Below, in pieces: positions 21,480 through 33,578 of a DNA stretch of 64,000 bases. This stretch comes from Psammoneis japonica (Eukaryota), in contig QPGO01000022.1 in the NCBI GenBank assembly GCA_008632985.1, positions 558,001 to 622,000 on the forward strand, written 5' to 3'. The notes beneath the pieces were generated by a model. The model ran no database searches. It had not been told where the DNA came from and was given only the letters and a program-made list of their open reading frames with translations. Positions within the stretch are counted from its first letter, which is position 1; every line of letters starts with the position of its first letter. The translations under genes and the position numbers were made by a program.

Positions 21480-24400
21480 ATGGTGTTTTTGTTTGTTGAG
21501 AGTTCATTGCCACACACAACAAACCAGCAGAGAGTCAGCAGCACAAGCAGATTTTTCTTGGTTGCAAGGAGAGTGTGTTTGATTTGCAGGTGCTGCAATG
21601 GGGCAGACTTGGTTCACAGGTGCTGTTGCTTCCACCATGGAGGAGAGAGTGGGCCTTTTTGGTGGTGTGATGCAGCAGGCAGCAGGCAGCTTCATGATGG
21701 TTGTTGTCATGGCAATGCTGAAAAATGGGTGCTGTTCTCACTTGACTTGTTTTCAGTTGTCATGGCAAGAACCAACTCAACAAAAGCACAAAGGCCATGT
21801 TGGCACTTGACATTCATGTCAAGATGAATGCAAGAATGAGACTGGCGCAGTGAGCTGGCCACAACTGCCCCATTGTCTTCACATGAGGAGAAGGGAAAGA
21901 CAAGCTTGCTTTGCACTGTGTTGTTGTTGTTCAAGTCTGCTGTCAGAACAGTGAGCAAATCAAAAGCAGAGCTGACCCCGGAACAGATTGCATCAAAAAT
22001 TCTGTGTGCCCAGAAAGCATGAAAAGTCCACATGAAGTGTCAATCTTTGGCCTTCTAGTGTGGCTGGTGTGCTCTCTTTGTCCCTGGCAGGTTTTGTCTC
22101 AACTGTCACAGCAGGCCAGATTTTTCCAAGCACAGCACATCTGGCATGGTGGACTTTCCAAATTCAAGTGGCAAACAACCAACACCACAATGTTGTGGCA
22201 TGGTGCACAAAGTCTCTGATGATTGTTGATGCTTGTGGTTGTGTGCTTGTCAGTTGGGCTCACATCTCACCCCAAGAAAGCTTGTGCCCATGTGTTTTTT
22301 CAACATTTTGAAGCTTTTGCATTGTTCTTTTCCATGTCAGCAAGTGAGACAGTTCAACATGCACAAAGCCAGCAAAACACAGCAATGAAAGTGTGGTTTT
22401 TGCAACATGGAAAGTGCCTGAATTCCATCTCCTCCATTCACAATTTTGGCTGCATGCACTCACACAAAATCTTGCCTTGTTGCTGCTTTCTTGAATTTTG
22501 TCAAGATGCAAAGGAGCCATTGGGGGGCTTTGTCAGAGCTCTGTTTTGCTCTTCTGTCAGACATGTTAAAAAAAACAAGTGGGCAGGAATTGTCTCTTTT
22601 GCTTTGCATCAATTCCAGCAGTCAGTGCATGATGCCTCCAGGCTTGGAGTTGAAGTCAACAATGTAAGATCCAAGAACTCCCTGCACATGCAAAGCATCT
22701 GAGAGCTTGATGCCCCCCACCTCTGTCTTTGCTCTGTTGCTGCTTCCCGTGCCCCTTTCTTCACACAGAAAGTGCCCCATGGCTTCACAAACTGCACTGA
22801 TCACTTGTTTCTTTTCCATGTGTTTTCACAGATGCAAGTGCTTCTGAAGCAGCTTTCATCTCACATGTTCATGAGGTGAGCCTGAAAGCCAAAGTGATGC
22901 ATTGCTGCACCAGCACCCAGTGTCATGCTGCTGGTGTGTGGGTGTGGCAGACGTTCCAAATGCAACAAGCAGAGATGATCAAACACAATGTCATGGTGTG
23001 GTGTCAAGTGTTTGAGCAGCCTTCAGAGCTTTGCAAGGAAGATCTTCCCATGCACTTGGTCACCACTTGGTGCCCCAGCAGGTCATTCACAACATCTTGT
23101 TAAAAAGGTGACAATCAATCTGGGGCAGATTTTTCAGGCCAGCCAAGAACCAATGTCACACCAAAATGCAAAATGCTTCAGCACCTGTGTGCAACTCTGT
23201 TGGGTGTGGTTGCAGTCATTTGCCATGCATCGTCTCAATCGTGTTTGGTTTCACCACATGCAAGCAAGGAAAACTGCAGTGGTTGTCTGTCTGTGTGATG
23301 GCTTCCATGCGCATCTTTTGTTCATTCCCACGATCTCCAGCCCAAACCCCCTTGCAAGTGGTGACACCCAATGTCTCATTGCCCATTCAATCATTTCTCT
23401 GTTCTGCCCCCCAAGGCTCTCTTGTTGAGGTGCTCTCTGAGCCATGCTGGTTGACAAAAAGGACAAAATGCTGCAGATTTGTTGGCTTGCTGCCTCTCAA
23501 TGTTGGCTTGCTGCCTCTTGAGGTCATTTGTTCACAGTGGAGGCTGGGCAAGCTGTGTGTGGAACTTGATCCACAACCTGCCTTGAAGTCAGGAAGGTTT
23601 GGCTGTTCAGGGGCCAGATTTGAGTGCAAGCATCATCTGAAGCTGGGGCAGAATGGAAGAGTTTTGGGAGTGAGCAGGCTTGTGCACATGCAACTCCTTG
23701 TTTTCCCCACTCTTGGGGTTCATCACTTTTGAGGCCCACTTTCTCATGTCCTGCATGACTGGTCTGTGTGCATGGTGGTTTGTCATGGTTGAATTTGCAA
23801 GCAGTCACGCACTGATCTTTCACATCCACCTCAGGGAGGAGCTTGACTTTAGGATCAAGTGATTTGCAGTGGCACTCATGTGCCTTTGTTTGAGTTTCCA
23901 GGCTGGTGCAGTGGCTTGCCCTGACTGGAAGCCTTGCTGCTTTTGCATTTGGGTGATGCATGTCATCCACACAATGAGTGACTGGTGTGTGCCTGGTGAA
24001 GTGCAAAGCTGATTAGAGAGTCATTCATGCCACTGTCAACATCTGCCAAGAGGGCCTTGGGCATGGATCTCACTCAATCTTTTGTCTGTTGGTCATCACA
24101 GGCATGTTTCTTGACATGACAGGCCCATGTGAGTGGGTTCTGAACAATCATGGAGTTTTTGCCTGTGACAATTGCTGGAAGAGGTGACTGACAAAGGAAT
24201 TTTGAAATTGGAAGGAGAGGGCACTGGCCCATTGGGCCATTGCAGCTTTTGTTCAATGACCTTCTTGACATTCTTGTCTGGTGAACTCTTGCCTTGTTCT
24301 TTTGCTTGCAAGTGCAGGCCAAGATGGCTGAAGCAGGGGCTGTTTTGCTTTCATTGTTTCTCTGGTGTGAGACAGGAAGAGGACAAGCAACAAAGGCCAT

Positions 24401-27400
24401 GTTGAAGTTGTTGTTTGGGGGATTGCATTGCCCCACAAGAATTCTCCAGTTTGCACACCATTGCCACCACTGCAGTGCACTGTTTGACTGCAAGTGGGCC
24501 CCACACTTGTTGTTCTTGAGGAAGTGATGCTCCTGTGCCCAGCTTTGATCCACTCTAGATGCACGTTGCTTGCAGAATTGGGAGGTGACATTTTGGAGAG
24601 TCTGGCAGGTGTCATGTGCCTCTTTTGACAAATGGCATGAAGAGGTCAGTGGTGTGTCGTTTGCCATGCACAGAGCTCTGGCATGTCCAAGAGCATCTCC
24701 ATGGTTGTTTGTTCCTGCTTGTTGCATTTCTGGCAGTTTTCAGTTTTGCAGTGGGAAAGTGAGTTGTCTCCCCATCATGTGTCAGTGCACTGTCTTCAGG
24801 GGCATCAGGGACAAGGCTCCTGTGCCCATTGGTCCTGGGCATGAACTGCTCCAGAAGTGCATTTGGAGCACTCCCAACTGGGAGGTCTGCAAGTGGTGCA
24901 GAAGATGATGACATTTGGAGTGAAAACAACAAGGTGAGATCTGAAAACTCCCATGTGCACACAAAGCATCCAAGCTTGCTCTGGTGTGGATGCCTCTTTT
25001 TTACAAAACCCAGCCCCCTGGCAACACTTGCCCAAACCCCCTTCTGCTGTTCCTTTCCACCCCTTGCTTCTCAACCCCAGTGGGCCAGAGCCTGTGAAAA
25101 TGTTCCAGGGCTGTGTGGACTGCAATGGTTGGTCAAGCCTTTGACAAAAGTGTGCAAGACACACCCAGCAGCCAATTTCTTCTAAAGCAGCAGCTTCTGT
25201 CTCAAAAATCTTGACAAACAGCTTCAACTTCAAGCTGGACAAAATTCCCATCTTGGACACACCATGTTGCTTCTTTTTCAAACAGCTGTCATTGCAAACC
25301 CCTTGTGCTGCTGCTGGTGCTCATGCACAAGAAAGCAGCAAAAAGTGTGTTGAGTGGATGAAATGTGATGTGGAAATGGTGAAGAGATCAACACAATCAT
25401 GCCGCTGACATGATTGCTGTGCATTGAGTCATCTCTTGGTGTTGTTTGTAAAAGCAGATTTTTCTTGGTTGCAGTGTGGAGCACATGTTTGACACACAGG
25501 TGCTGCACAGAGCACAGACTTGGTTCACAGGTGCTGTCACTTTAACCATGGAGGAGAGAGTGGGCCATTTTGGTGTGGCGCAGGTGGCAGCATGATTGTC
25601 ACGGCAATGCTGAAAAAAGATGATGTTCTCACTAAACTTGTTTTCAGTTGTCATGGCAAGAACCAGCTCAGCAAAAACACAAAGGTCATGCTGGCTCTCT
25701 TGACATTCACATCAAGATGCACCCAAGGACAAGGCTGGCATTGAGCAGAGTGGCTTTGGCACCACAGCACCCAAAGCCACCACAATTGGTGCCATTGTTT
25801 TTGCACAAGGAAAAGTGAAAGATGAGCAATGCTTGCTTTGCACTGTGTTGTTGTTGTTCATGCATGCTGTCAGAATTGTGAGCAAATCAAAAGCAGAGCT
25901 GACCCCACATTAGATTGCATCAAAAATTCTGTGTGTGCCAGAAAGCATGAAAAGTCCACATCAAGTGTCAATCTTCAGCCTTTTTGTGTGACTCTGGTGT
26001 TCTCTCTTTGTCCTGGGAGAAGGTTTTGTCTCAACTGTCACAGTGGGCTAGATTTTTTTACAATTGTCAGAGCCACCACACTGGCATGATGGACGATCCA
26101 AATGCAAGTGACAACCAACCAACCACAAATGTTGCACCCCAAGAAAGCTTGTGTGCTCACCAGACATGCTTTTCTCAACATTTTGGATCTTTTGCATTGT
26201 TCTTTTTCATGTCAGCAACTTCTGAGACAGTTCAACATGCACAAAGCCAGCAACACAGCAATGAACATGTGGTTTTTGCAACATGGAAAGCACCTGCATT
26301 GCATCCTCTCTGTCCAAAATTTTGGCTGTGTGCACTCACACAAAAATCTTGCCTTGTTGCTGCTTTCTTGAATTTTGTCAAGATGCAAAGGAGCTGTGGA
26401 GGGCTTTGTCAGAGCTCCATTTTGCTTCAAAACAAACAAGCAAGACATTGTTCTCTTTTGCTTTGCATTGATTCAAACAGTCAGTGCGCGACACCCCCGG
26501 GCTGAGAGTCACAAAAAAGCAAAAATGGGCTCCTGACAAACAGCGTGTGTTGAACATTTTCATTTGTCCTCATTTATTTGCTGCACATTGCTCTAATTTT
26601 TCAGCTCACTTTTGCTTTCTTGTTCCTTCTCATTGAAGTCAGAAATGCTCCATTTGCTGGATTGTGCACTTGGATTTGTTTGGCATGGCAAAAAACAAGC
26701 AAGCAGCTTTCAAAGCTTGGAAGGGAAAATGATTTTCATTGTCAGCATTTGATGTGCTTTTCAAAATGATGCACAGCAGGCATCTCTTGCACAGGAGCCA
26801 GCATCTCTGCCATCACATGGCTGCAATCTGAGCTCAAGAATGAGCTTGAAATTGATGGCTCCAGGTTGACCAAATGGCCAAAGATTGTTGGCTGCAGCCA
26901 CCTTGCTGTTTGTTTTCTAAACAAGAGGTTGACAGGCTTCCCAGTGCCCATGCCAGCACATGATGTGCTGGGGCAAGGCCTTGGACTGAACCAACATGTG
27001 GCTTGCCATTTCCCAACATTTTGTGTGTGATGTGATTGGAGTTGCGCTTGACTGTTGTCTCGGTGTTCCAGTGCTGTGGTCAATTTTTTTTTTTTGGGGG
27101 GGGGGGGGGGGGGTGCATCTTTTGTGTGCATCCCCTGTCCCCACGTGCAGCTGACAACAACAAAATGCCCTTCTGGCAACTCCGTCAATGCCCCTGCTTG
27201 CATGGAAAGGCTTTAAAAAGCACAAAGCCAGTGCAAAGATGTCCACCTGCAGCTGGGCTCTTGACGATGCTGCCGAAAGCAACAACCATGAACCCCACAT
27301 TCTTTGCCTTGTTTGACTTTCCTTGCTGGGACTGAATTGTTGTTTTTTAAGCCAGCTTGCCTTGACAAGAGGTTTTGTCACCTTTGTGTTTGGACCCTTG

Positions 27401-28490
27401 TTTGTCATCTGCAGAATGAGCAATCAGGAAGGCAGGCATCATCTGCCTGGCAAAATGTCAAAGTGCATCCTGTCTTTTGGGAGCTCCGCAAAGCCAATTG
27501 GAGAGTCATTGACATCATTGCAGACTTCAGTGTTGGCACAATTTTTTTGTGACCACAGCTGGGTGCACAACAATGTTTGCTGAGAGGACCTTGGCATTGA
27601 TCTCACTGAATCTTTTCTTGCTGGTTCTTGTCCCAGGTGATGAAATGTGTTTTTTGATCATGTGACAGACCCACAGGAGTGGGTTTGTGGAACAATCACA
27701 GATTTTTTTAATGTGGAAGGAGAGGGCACATTGGCCATGTTCCTGTTTGATGAGCCCTTGTTTTCTTTCACTTGCAAGTGCAGGTGAAGATGGCTGAAGA
27801 AGCAGGCACTGCTTTCTTCTCATTGTTTCCTGGTGAGATTGATGAATGAGCAACAAACAAGCAACGAAGTTGTTTGGAGATTGTGGCTGCCCCACAAGAA
27901 CTCTTCAGCTTGTGTTGCCACTGCAGTGCATTGTCCAAGTGCACATGGGCATGATCCAAAACTTGTTCTTGAGGACACACTCCTGTGCAAAGTTTTGATT
28001 TGCTCCAGATGTGGGTTGCTTGTAGATTGGGAGGCAAGATTTGAGAGTCTGGCAGGTGTGGCATCTCTGTCAATGGATGATGTGAACACGTCTGTGCAAT
28101 TTGCTTTGCATGGAGCCCCAGATTCTCAAAACTGTTTGTGCTTTGAAAGAAGTCATCAGCTTGGCAACAGATCATGGCATCAGTGGCAGAGCTCAGTTGT
28201 CACATTGGAAGCAATGAATTTGTCAAAGAGATTGACAAACAATTGCAGAATTTTGGTGTTGGCCACGGCTCTCAGGGAGACAGCTAAGATCTGTTTTTGT
28301 GAGCAACACCCACAAGAAAACGATGGTCCAAGGCAGTTCATCTGAGGCCTTGGGGTGCAACTTGTCTTCAGAGTGGGTTTGGTCATGATCATTGATGGCC
28401 AACAGGGTCCACTGTTAGAAAGCTTGCAGACCAGTCTTCCTCATCAAGGATCTTGCTGATGGCAAAAGGTAGAAGTGGGATGATTGGATG
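19760..28490. repeat. Degenerate repeat block strongly depleted in CpG and TpA, with internal diverged duplications
   Basis: Almost no CG or TA over ~8.5 kb. 20660-22630 resembles 24680-26490, and 24060-24620 resembles 27500-28070. Confidence 0.8.
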
Positions 28491-28743
28491 AAACGACCCC
28501 CCGCCCACCCCACGCCACACGTGCAAGACCCAATCGATTCGAAGACGTGAATTGTACATTGCATGGAGCTGACTTCGGAGTGAAGGGAACACAGGGGAAG
28601 TCGTTCTCGTTTCGATTTTGCCCAATGTGCGCTACCCTGAAGCAAAAGTCCCAACGTTGCGTTTAAGACTTTCGGAGCCAGTGCAACGACTGCATCGCCG
28701 ACCCCAATATAATAATTATGCAGCAAAAAGCAAATAACCTCTA

Positions 28744-30894
28744 TTATTTAGTTGCAGCAAGCCCTGCAAACGATTTTGCATGAAACACAGGATGCAGTTC
28801 CCGCGCAGGCTTAATGGCAGAATGATAGTCAGTCGGCCACTGCATCATGACTTTGCCGAGTAGTTTGCGCTGCAGCTGCCTCTCGTAATCCGCCATCAAC
28901 AAACTACCAGCGTAAGGAATCGCCTTCCGAATAATTTGGCTTTTCAAAAACTTGAACTTCTCCAATACGATTTCTTGTTTGGTTTCTCGTCCGACAGCTT
29001 CCAGTGGCATTTCGATCCAGTCACCAAAGTCGTTCTGCGTCAGAAAACGATGCTCGCCGTTTGATGTAGCATCATCCAGAATCGTCTCGACAACAGCATT
29101 GCTAAAATCACGCGGCAAATCTTGGTATGCAAAGTACAAGTCGGCCATGGCTGAGATTCGCTTTTGCCAACGAAGGCTGCCTGGATGAAAACTCAAAATC
29201 GAAGCATAGGCAGCAACCCGCGGTACGTTGAGGCGGTCCGATATCAAGATATCAAGCCTAGTGGGTTCCACTGCCTGTGATGACCCCAAAGATCTCTGGC
29301 TGCACTTGTTGGTAACGTTTGGAAACGGTGAAGCGGCAAAGGTCCCTGAACGGATATCAACGCCCCAAGACGAATTGTGCACACACGTTATCACTCCAAT
29401 CGCCAAAGAAAGAACAATCGCGTATATCCCACACAGTCCAAGGTACTGTTTGTAACCGTTTGACTGCTCCTTCTGGAGCTTGGTGTAACAGCGAACAGCA
29501 ACGGCGTTCAGAACCAACAAAATCCACCAACATCTTCGCAACGTACCCAAAAGAAAAGTTTGAAGTACAGACATGTGTTCATCTCCGTCTGTTACCGGGC
29601 CTTGAAGAGGCCATGGTATCCTACCCAGGAATCCGACTCGAAATCGGAGTCGCGTTTCCAGGGCCTCCCTATCGTAGCCTATCTCATGATTGACAGCATG
29701 AGAAAGCTCCATTTGAACATAATCCCATCCCCAGTTGGCGTCCTGCGGCTTGTACACGCCCAAACCTCTCAGTGCAGCCCACGGTTGTGATATGGTCGAG
29801 GGATTCCGTAAATCATTGAGGGTGTGTCCTGTCATGTCCCACCGGATCGCATACGTTGCTCCAAAGGGAAGTCTCCTTGAGAAGCGAGACGGCAAGCTAG
29901 GGTACTCTGGGCGCGAGGCAAAGGAAATCACCAGTACCACCCGATCTGGACCATTGTGATGCGCTGAGCCACGATGAATGGCATCCGAAGTGTACATGAG
30001 ACCGTCACCAGCCTTCCAAATGTCGTTTGTCGTTGTTACTTGAAACGCATGTTTGGCACACGCGTAGGAAATGGCACAACGATGCGACCCTGGACAGACT
30101 GTCGTGGCACCCATCTCGGTTGTCGTGTCTTGCAATGGAATTAAGATAGAGAAGAGGTTGACAAAGGTGCGACCATATTGGAAGGCGGACGCGCTCGCCT
30201 TTGTATCAGAATGCAAGTTTTGTGCCTTGGCTCCAACTTGGGATGTAATGGTGGATAGCTCGACAAGTGCAGGGTCGGGCCCTAATACGGCTTCCAGAGT
30301 CGGCCTTAACAATGGATGATTGCCTATCGATTCCAATACGGGGGGTATAGAGTCGTGTTCATTTGGTTTGAATGCAAAAGAGTAGCGATTCTGCCAGTTG
30401 AGAACTTGTATCTTGTCATCGTTCGTCAGATGATCGTTTTTCCATAACACCCAGTTTCTCAAGGCATCAGCATCTTTTGGATCTATGAGATTTTTGAATA
30501 TTCCCATGCCATGTCGTAGGAGGTTATCGACCGCTTGAGAAGTCGTATTCTTTGTGGGATCTAGGAGGAGCGGCCCAGGCTTGAACGCAGTGATGTCTGA
30601 CTCGTCACAACTCGCGTGGTAGTACGTCACCTCATGCTTGATCAAATTGGGGTTGGAAATCATGGATCGAGACAGCGGGTATAAGTAAGAGTCGTGAATA
30701 TGTTGGAGAACAGTCACAGTCACCAATGAGAAGGCCAAGAAAAACAGAACAAGCTTGAAAAAGAGTGCCAGAACCGCGTCGAGATCGATTGGAAAGTCGA
30801 GATCAGCACCATGCCTCGTCGTGGTTGTTGAGGTGGTTGAAACGACGCGTCGGGCCACTCTCCCATTCTCATGGACTTGCTCGTATTCCGACAT
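28744..30894 (-). CDS. Membrane-anchored PhyH-like 2-oxoglutarate/Fe(II) dioxygenase
   Basis: HxD motif (QNLHSD), IPLQDTTTEMGATTVCPGSH and GDGLMYTSDAIHRG. TM segments at the N-terminus and in the middle. Confidence 0.8.
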   Translation of the reverse strand: MSEYEQVHENGRVARRVVSTTSTTTTRHGADLDFPIDLDAVLALFFKLVLFFLAFSLVTVTVLQHIHDSYLYPLSRSMISNPNLIKHEVTYYHASCDESDITAFKPGPLLLDPTKNTTSQAVDNLLRHGMGIFKNLIDPKDADALRNWVLWKNDHLTNDDKIQVLNWQNRYSFAFKPNEHDSIPPVLESIGNHPLLRPTLEAVLGPDPALVELSTITSQVGAKAQNLHSDTKASASAFQYGRTFVNLFSILIPLQDTTTEMGATTVCPGSHRCAISYACAKHAFQVTTTNDIWKAGDGLMYTSDAIHRGSAHHNGPDRVVLVISFASRPEYPSLPSRFSRRLPFGATYAIRWDMTGHTLNDLRNPSTISQPWAALRGLGVYKPQDANWGWDYVQMELSHAVNHEIGYDREALETRLRFRVGFLGRIPWPLQGPVTDGDEHMSVLQTFLLGTLRRCWWILLVLNAVAVRCYTKLQKEQSNGYKQYLGLCGIYAIVLSLAIGVITCVHNSSWGVDIRSGTFAASPFPNVTNKCSQRSLGSSQAVEPTRLDILISDRLNVPRVAAYASILSFHPGSLRWQKRISAMADLYFAYQDLPRDFSNAVVETILDDATSNGEHRFLTQNDFGDWIEMPLEAVGRETKQEIVLEKFKFLKSQIIRKAIPYAGSLLMADYERQLQRKLLGKVMMQWPTDYHSAIKPARELHPVFHAKSFAGLAATK

Positions 30895-30993
30895 GACTAT
30901 CGTTTTTGCGTCCCCTCGTTCAAGTCGTTTGCTGCACTTTTGGTCCTTATTGGTTAGTGTAACTACCCACTGTGCAGTTCATGAAAAGAATCT

Positions 30994-31199
30994 TGGGGAA
31001 GTCTCCAGCCAGCTGCTGGCTGAAGAAATTTGTGTAGAAATTGTACTGAAAGAGTCTGTCAATCTGTGCGTTAGGGGGTTTTGGTGAACGCTGGACAGAC
31101 TCGTCTTCTTTTGCGTACGTAAAAATTGCACTTGCAAAACCCCCAAACGCACTGACGAGCAGACTTTTTTCAGCCAGCAGCTGGCTGGAGACTTCCCCC
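30994..31199. mobile_element. MITE (~206 bp) with ~34-bp TIRs and candidate 5-bp TSD AATCT
   Basis: GGGGAAGTCTCCAGCCAGCTGCTGGCTGAA at 30995 recurs in reverse complement, ending at 31198. AATCT lies at 30989-30993 and 31200-31204. Confidence 0.75.
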
Positions 31200-32349
31200 A
31201 ATCTGGAAAATCTGAATCGCAATCTCCAAATCACAAATCCACCAATGAATGGAATCCACTGCACCACACTTCGCATGTTTCACCGCGCAAAATTGGAAAT
31301 AGGAGTTCGGTGAACGCGAACTGCCGATGTGTGCGGCCTTCATCACAAGTCTCTCTCACATCTGTCACATTTTCCAATTTCGAGTTGGGTCGACCGCTGC
31401 CTTTTCCATTCAACATTGTCGATTGTCGCCACAGATGGAAGCCAAAGCTAAATCTTCATCTGCCAGCTGTGCTCAAGATGTCAGGTCCCAGGAAGCAAAA
31501 AAGGCAAGCGAAATCCCAAAGAACGGGTGCAAGGAGGAGGGGAAACAAAAGGTGGAAAAGCGCAGAAGAGTCGACAACGTGTTTGTGGCCCATGCACCTG
31601 CTCTGCTGGTGAACCACCAATCCATGAATGCTTTGATGGCTCAGAAGAGCCAGCTTGACTTTGAGAAATCTGCGAGTCTGGAAAAGAAGAAAGCACTGCC
31701 AATGATCAAGGAAGTCTGAAAGGTGGCTGCAGATGCTGTGCATGTGCAGACAAATTGCAGCAAGTCTGAACACATTGCACTGACCAAAACTCCCCATTGT
31801 CAGGTCATGGTGCTGCTTTGGCTGACCAAATTGGTGCCAACTCCTCTCTGCATCTGGCTGATGACATGAGCAGCTTTCTCCAATCCTGGCTCCCACGGCG
31901 CTCTCACCGCTCACCGCTGCTCAGAATCACCTTCAGCGTGTGCATCAGGATGTTCTCCATGGTTGTCTGCAACAGAGTGATGTCTTCTGCAGTCAACTGT
32001 TGGATGTTGCTGCAGGTTTTGAAGCAGAGAGTCATCTTCTTGCAAGTGTCATGGCGGCCAACACGTGTGGAAGCTGAAAGCTGAGCCCACACTTTTGACA
32101 GCTTGAGGACCAACGTCTGCAGAAGGAGTCGTGCGAGGTAGAGGCAGTGGTGAACACACCGAATCCTGCCTCTCTAGAGTTTGAATATCCGGTTTATCGA
32201 AATGTTGCCCGGGTGTTCTTCTACTGTAAACCCCATTCCTCTTTTGACCGTATCTTACTTCCACATGGATCATTGCCGACCAATACCGAAAAATGCCTAG
32301 TAGTATGACTTTTTAAATCACTAGATGAAATGCCACTGAGTTCCAGTTT

Positions 32350-33578
32350 TCAAAGTTCATCCTTCGACTCGTCCTCATGCAGAATCTTTCGAAGAGCAAC
32401 CTTTTGCTCCTCGGAGATGTGATCAGGAAAATCTACCTCGAATGTGATGTACAAGTCACCGTGTCCCCTACCGTTACGCCTCGGCATACCTTTTCCAGGA
32501 ACACGCATAACGTGGTCACACTCTGTTACTCCCGCAACGTTGACCGTAAACTCCTTACCATCCAAATGAGTCAGGGTGACGGAAAAGCCAGTCTATGAAA
32601 ATATCGAGAGAAGCCCAAGACGAGCCAAGTTAATAATTGTGAGCTCGGCATGAACGACGTAGAAATAAACAGATTCAAACGTACCAGAGCGTCAACCAGT
32701 GGAATTTCCATAGTTGTATAGAGATGGTCGCGATCCCGATGGAAAGTCTCGTGTTCCTGTTCATAAATGACAAAGTGCAGGTCCCCTGCCGTGTATCCCG
32801 GCTTCTCATCTGCGACCCCCTCGAACGTGATAATCTCGCCGGGACGCATGCCCGGCGAAACATCAATTGTAAGATCAATCTTTTCGGTCTCGGTTTTTCC
32901 CTTCGGACAGTCACGGCAATTACTTCTCCACATTTTCCCGCGAGAGACACATCGGTCGTCACGTTGCTGAACCTGCTGTACAAATCCCGGTGCAAGCTGC
33001 TGCATCCTAACCTTGATACCAGGCCCACTACACTCCTGGTTGGACTTGACACATTCCTGCCAGTTGACGCAGAGTACTTGTCGGACGTACTCAACATCAA
33101 ACGTATCACCAAGGTACAACTGTTTCATCGAGAGATGAAGTGGAATTTCTACGGAGGGTGTTTGTTGCTCTCCCTGTTCACGACGACGTCCGCCACCAAA
33201 GCCAAAGTGAGAGAAAATGTCCTCAAAGCCACCATCGAAACCTCCTCCACCGCCTCCACCGTTGCGTTGCTCGTGCTGTTTCAACCCATCTTCGCCGTAC
33301 CGGTCGTATACTTCCTTTTTCGATTCGTCGCTAAGCACTTCATAAGCACGAGCAATTTCGGCAAACTTGTCGGCCGCTCCTTCGTCCTTGTTCTTGTCGG
33401 GATGGAATTCTAGAGACTTTTGGCGATAAGCCTTTTTTATTTCCTTCACTGTGGCGTCTCGAGAAATACCGAGGAGTTTGTAGAAGTCTTCAGAACTAGC
33501 CACAGACACGAGGGCAAACAGATGCAAAAAGGTGAGCCACATGGCTCCCTGCCTCCGAGATCCTACTGTCGATCTCAT
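32350..33578 (-). CDS. DNAJB11: ER-luminal DnaJ co-chaperone (ERdj3-like); intron 32593-32684
   Basis: Signal peptide, J-domain with HPD, G/F region, DnaJ C-terminal domain and C-terminal KDEL. The start may instead be the ATG at 33543. Confidence 0.9.

Noticed and set aside
27084..27113. T12-G18 homopolymer as a functional G-quadruplex or retro-tail
   Set aside because: It has no supporting context, and homopolymer length is unreliable in assemblies.
19765..28400. Dozens of Cys/His/Gln-rich ORFs (also 4700-5880 and 62300-64000)
   Set aside because: TpA loss removes TAA/TAG stops in all frames and TG/CA excess yields C/H/Q/M/W. No domains were recognised.
19760..28490. Classical fungal RIP or plain CpG deamination as the full explanation
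   Set aside because: RIP increases TpA and CpG decay does not remove it. Here TpA is lost, including where CpG persists.
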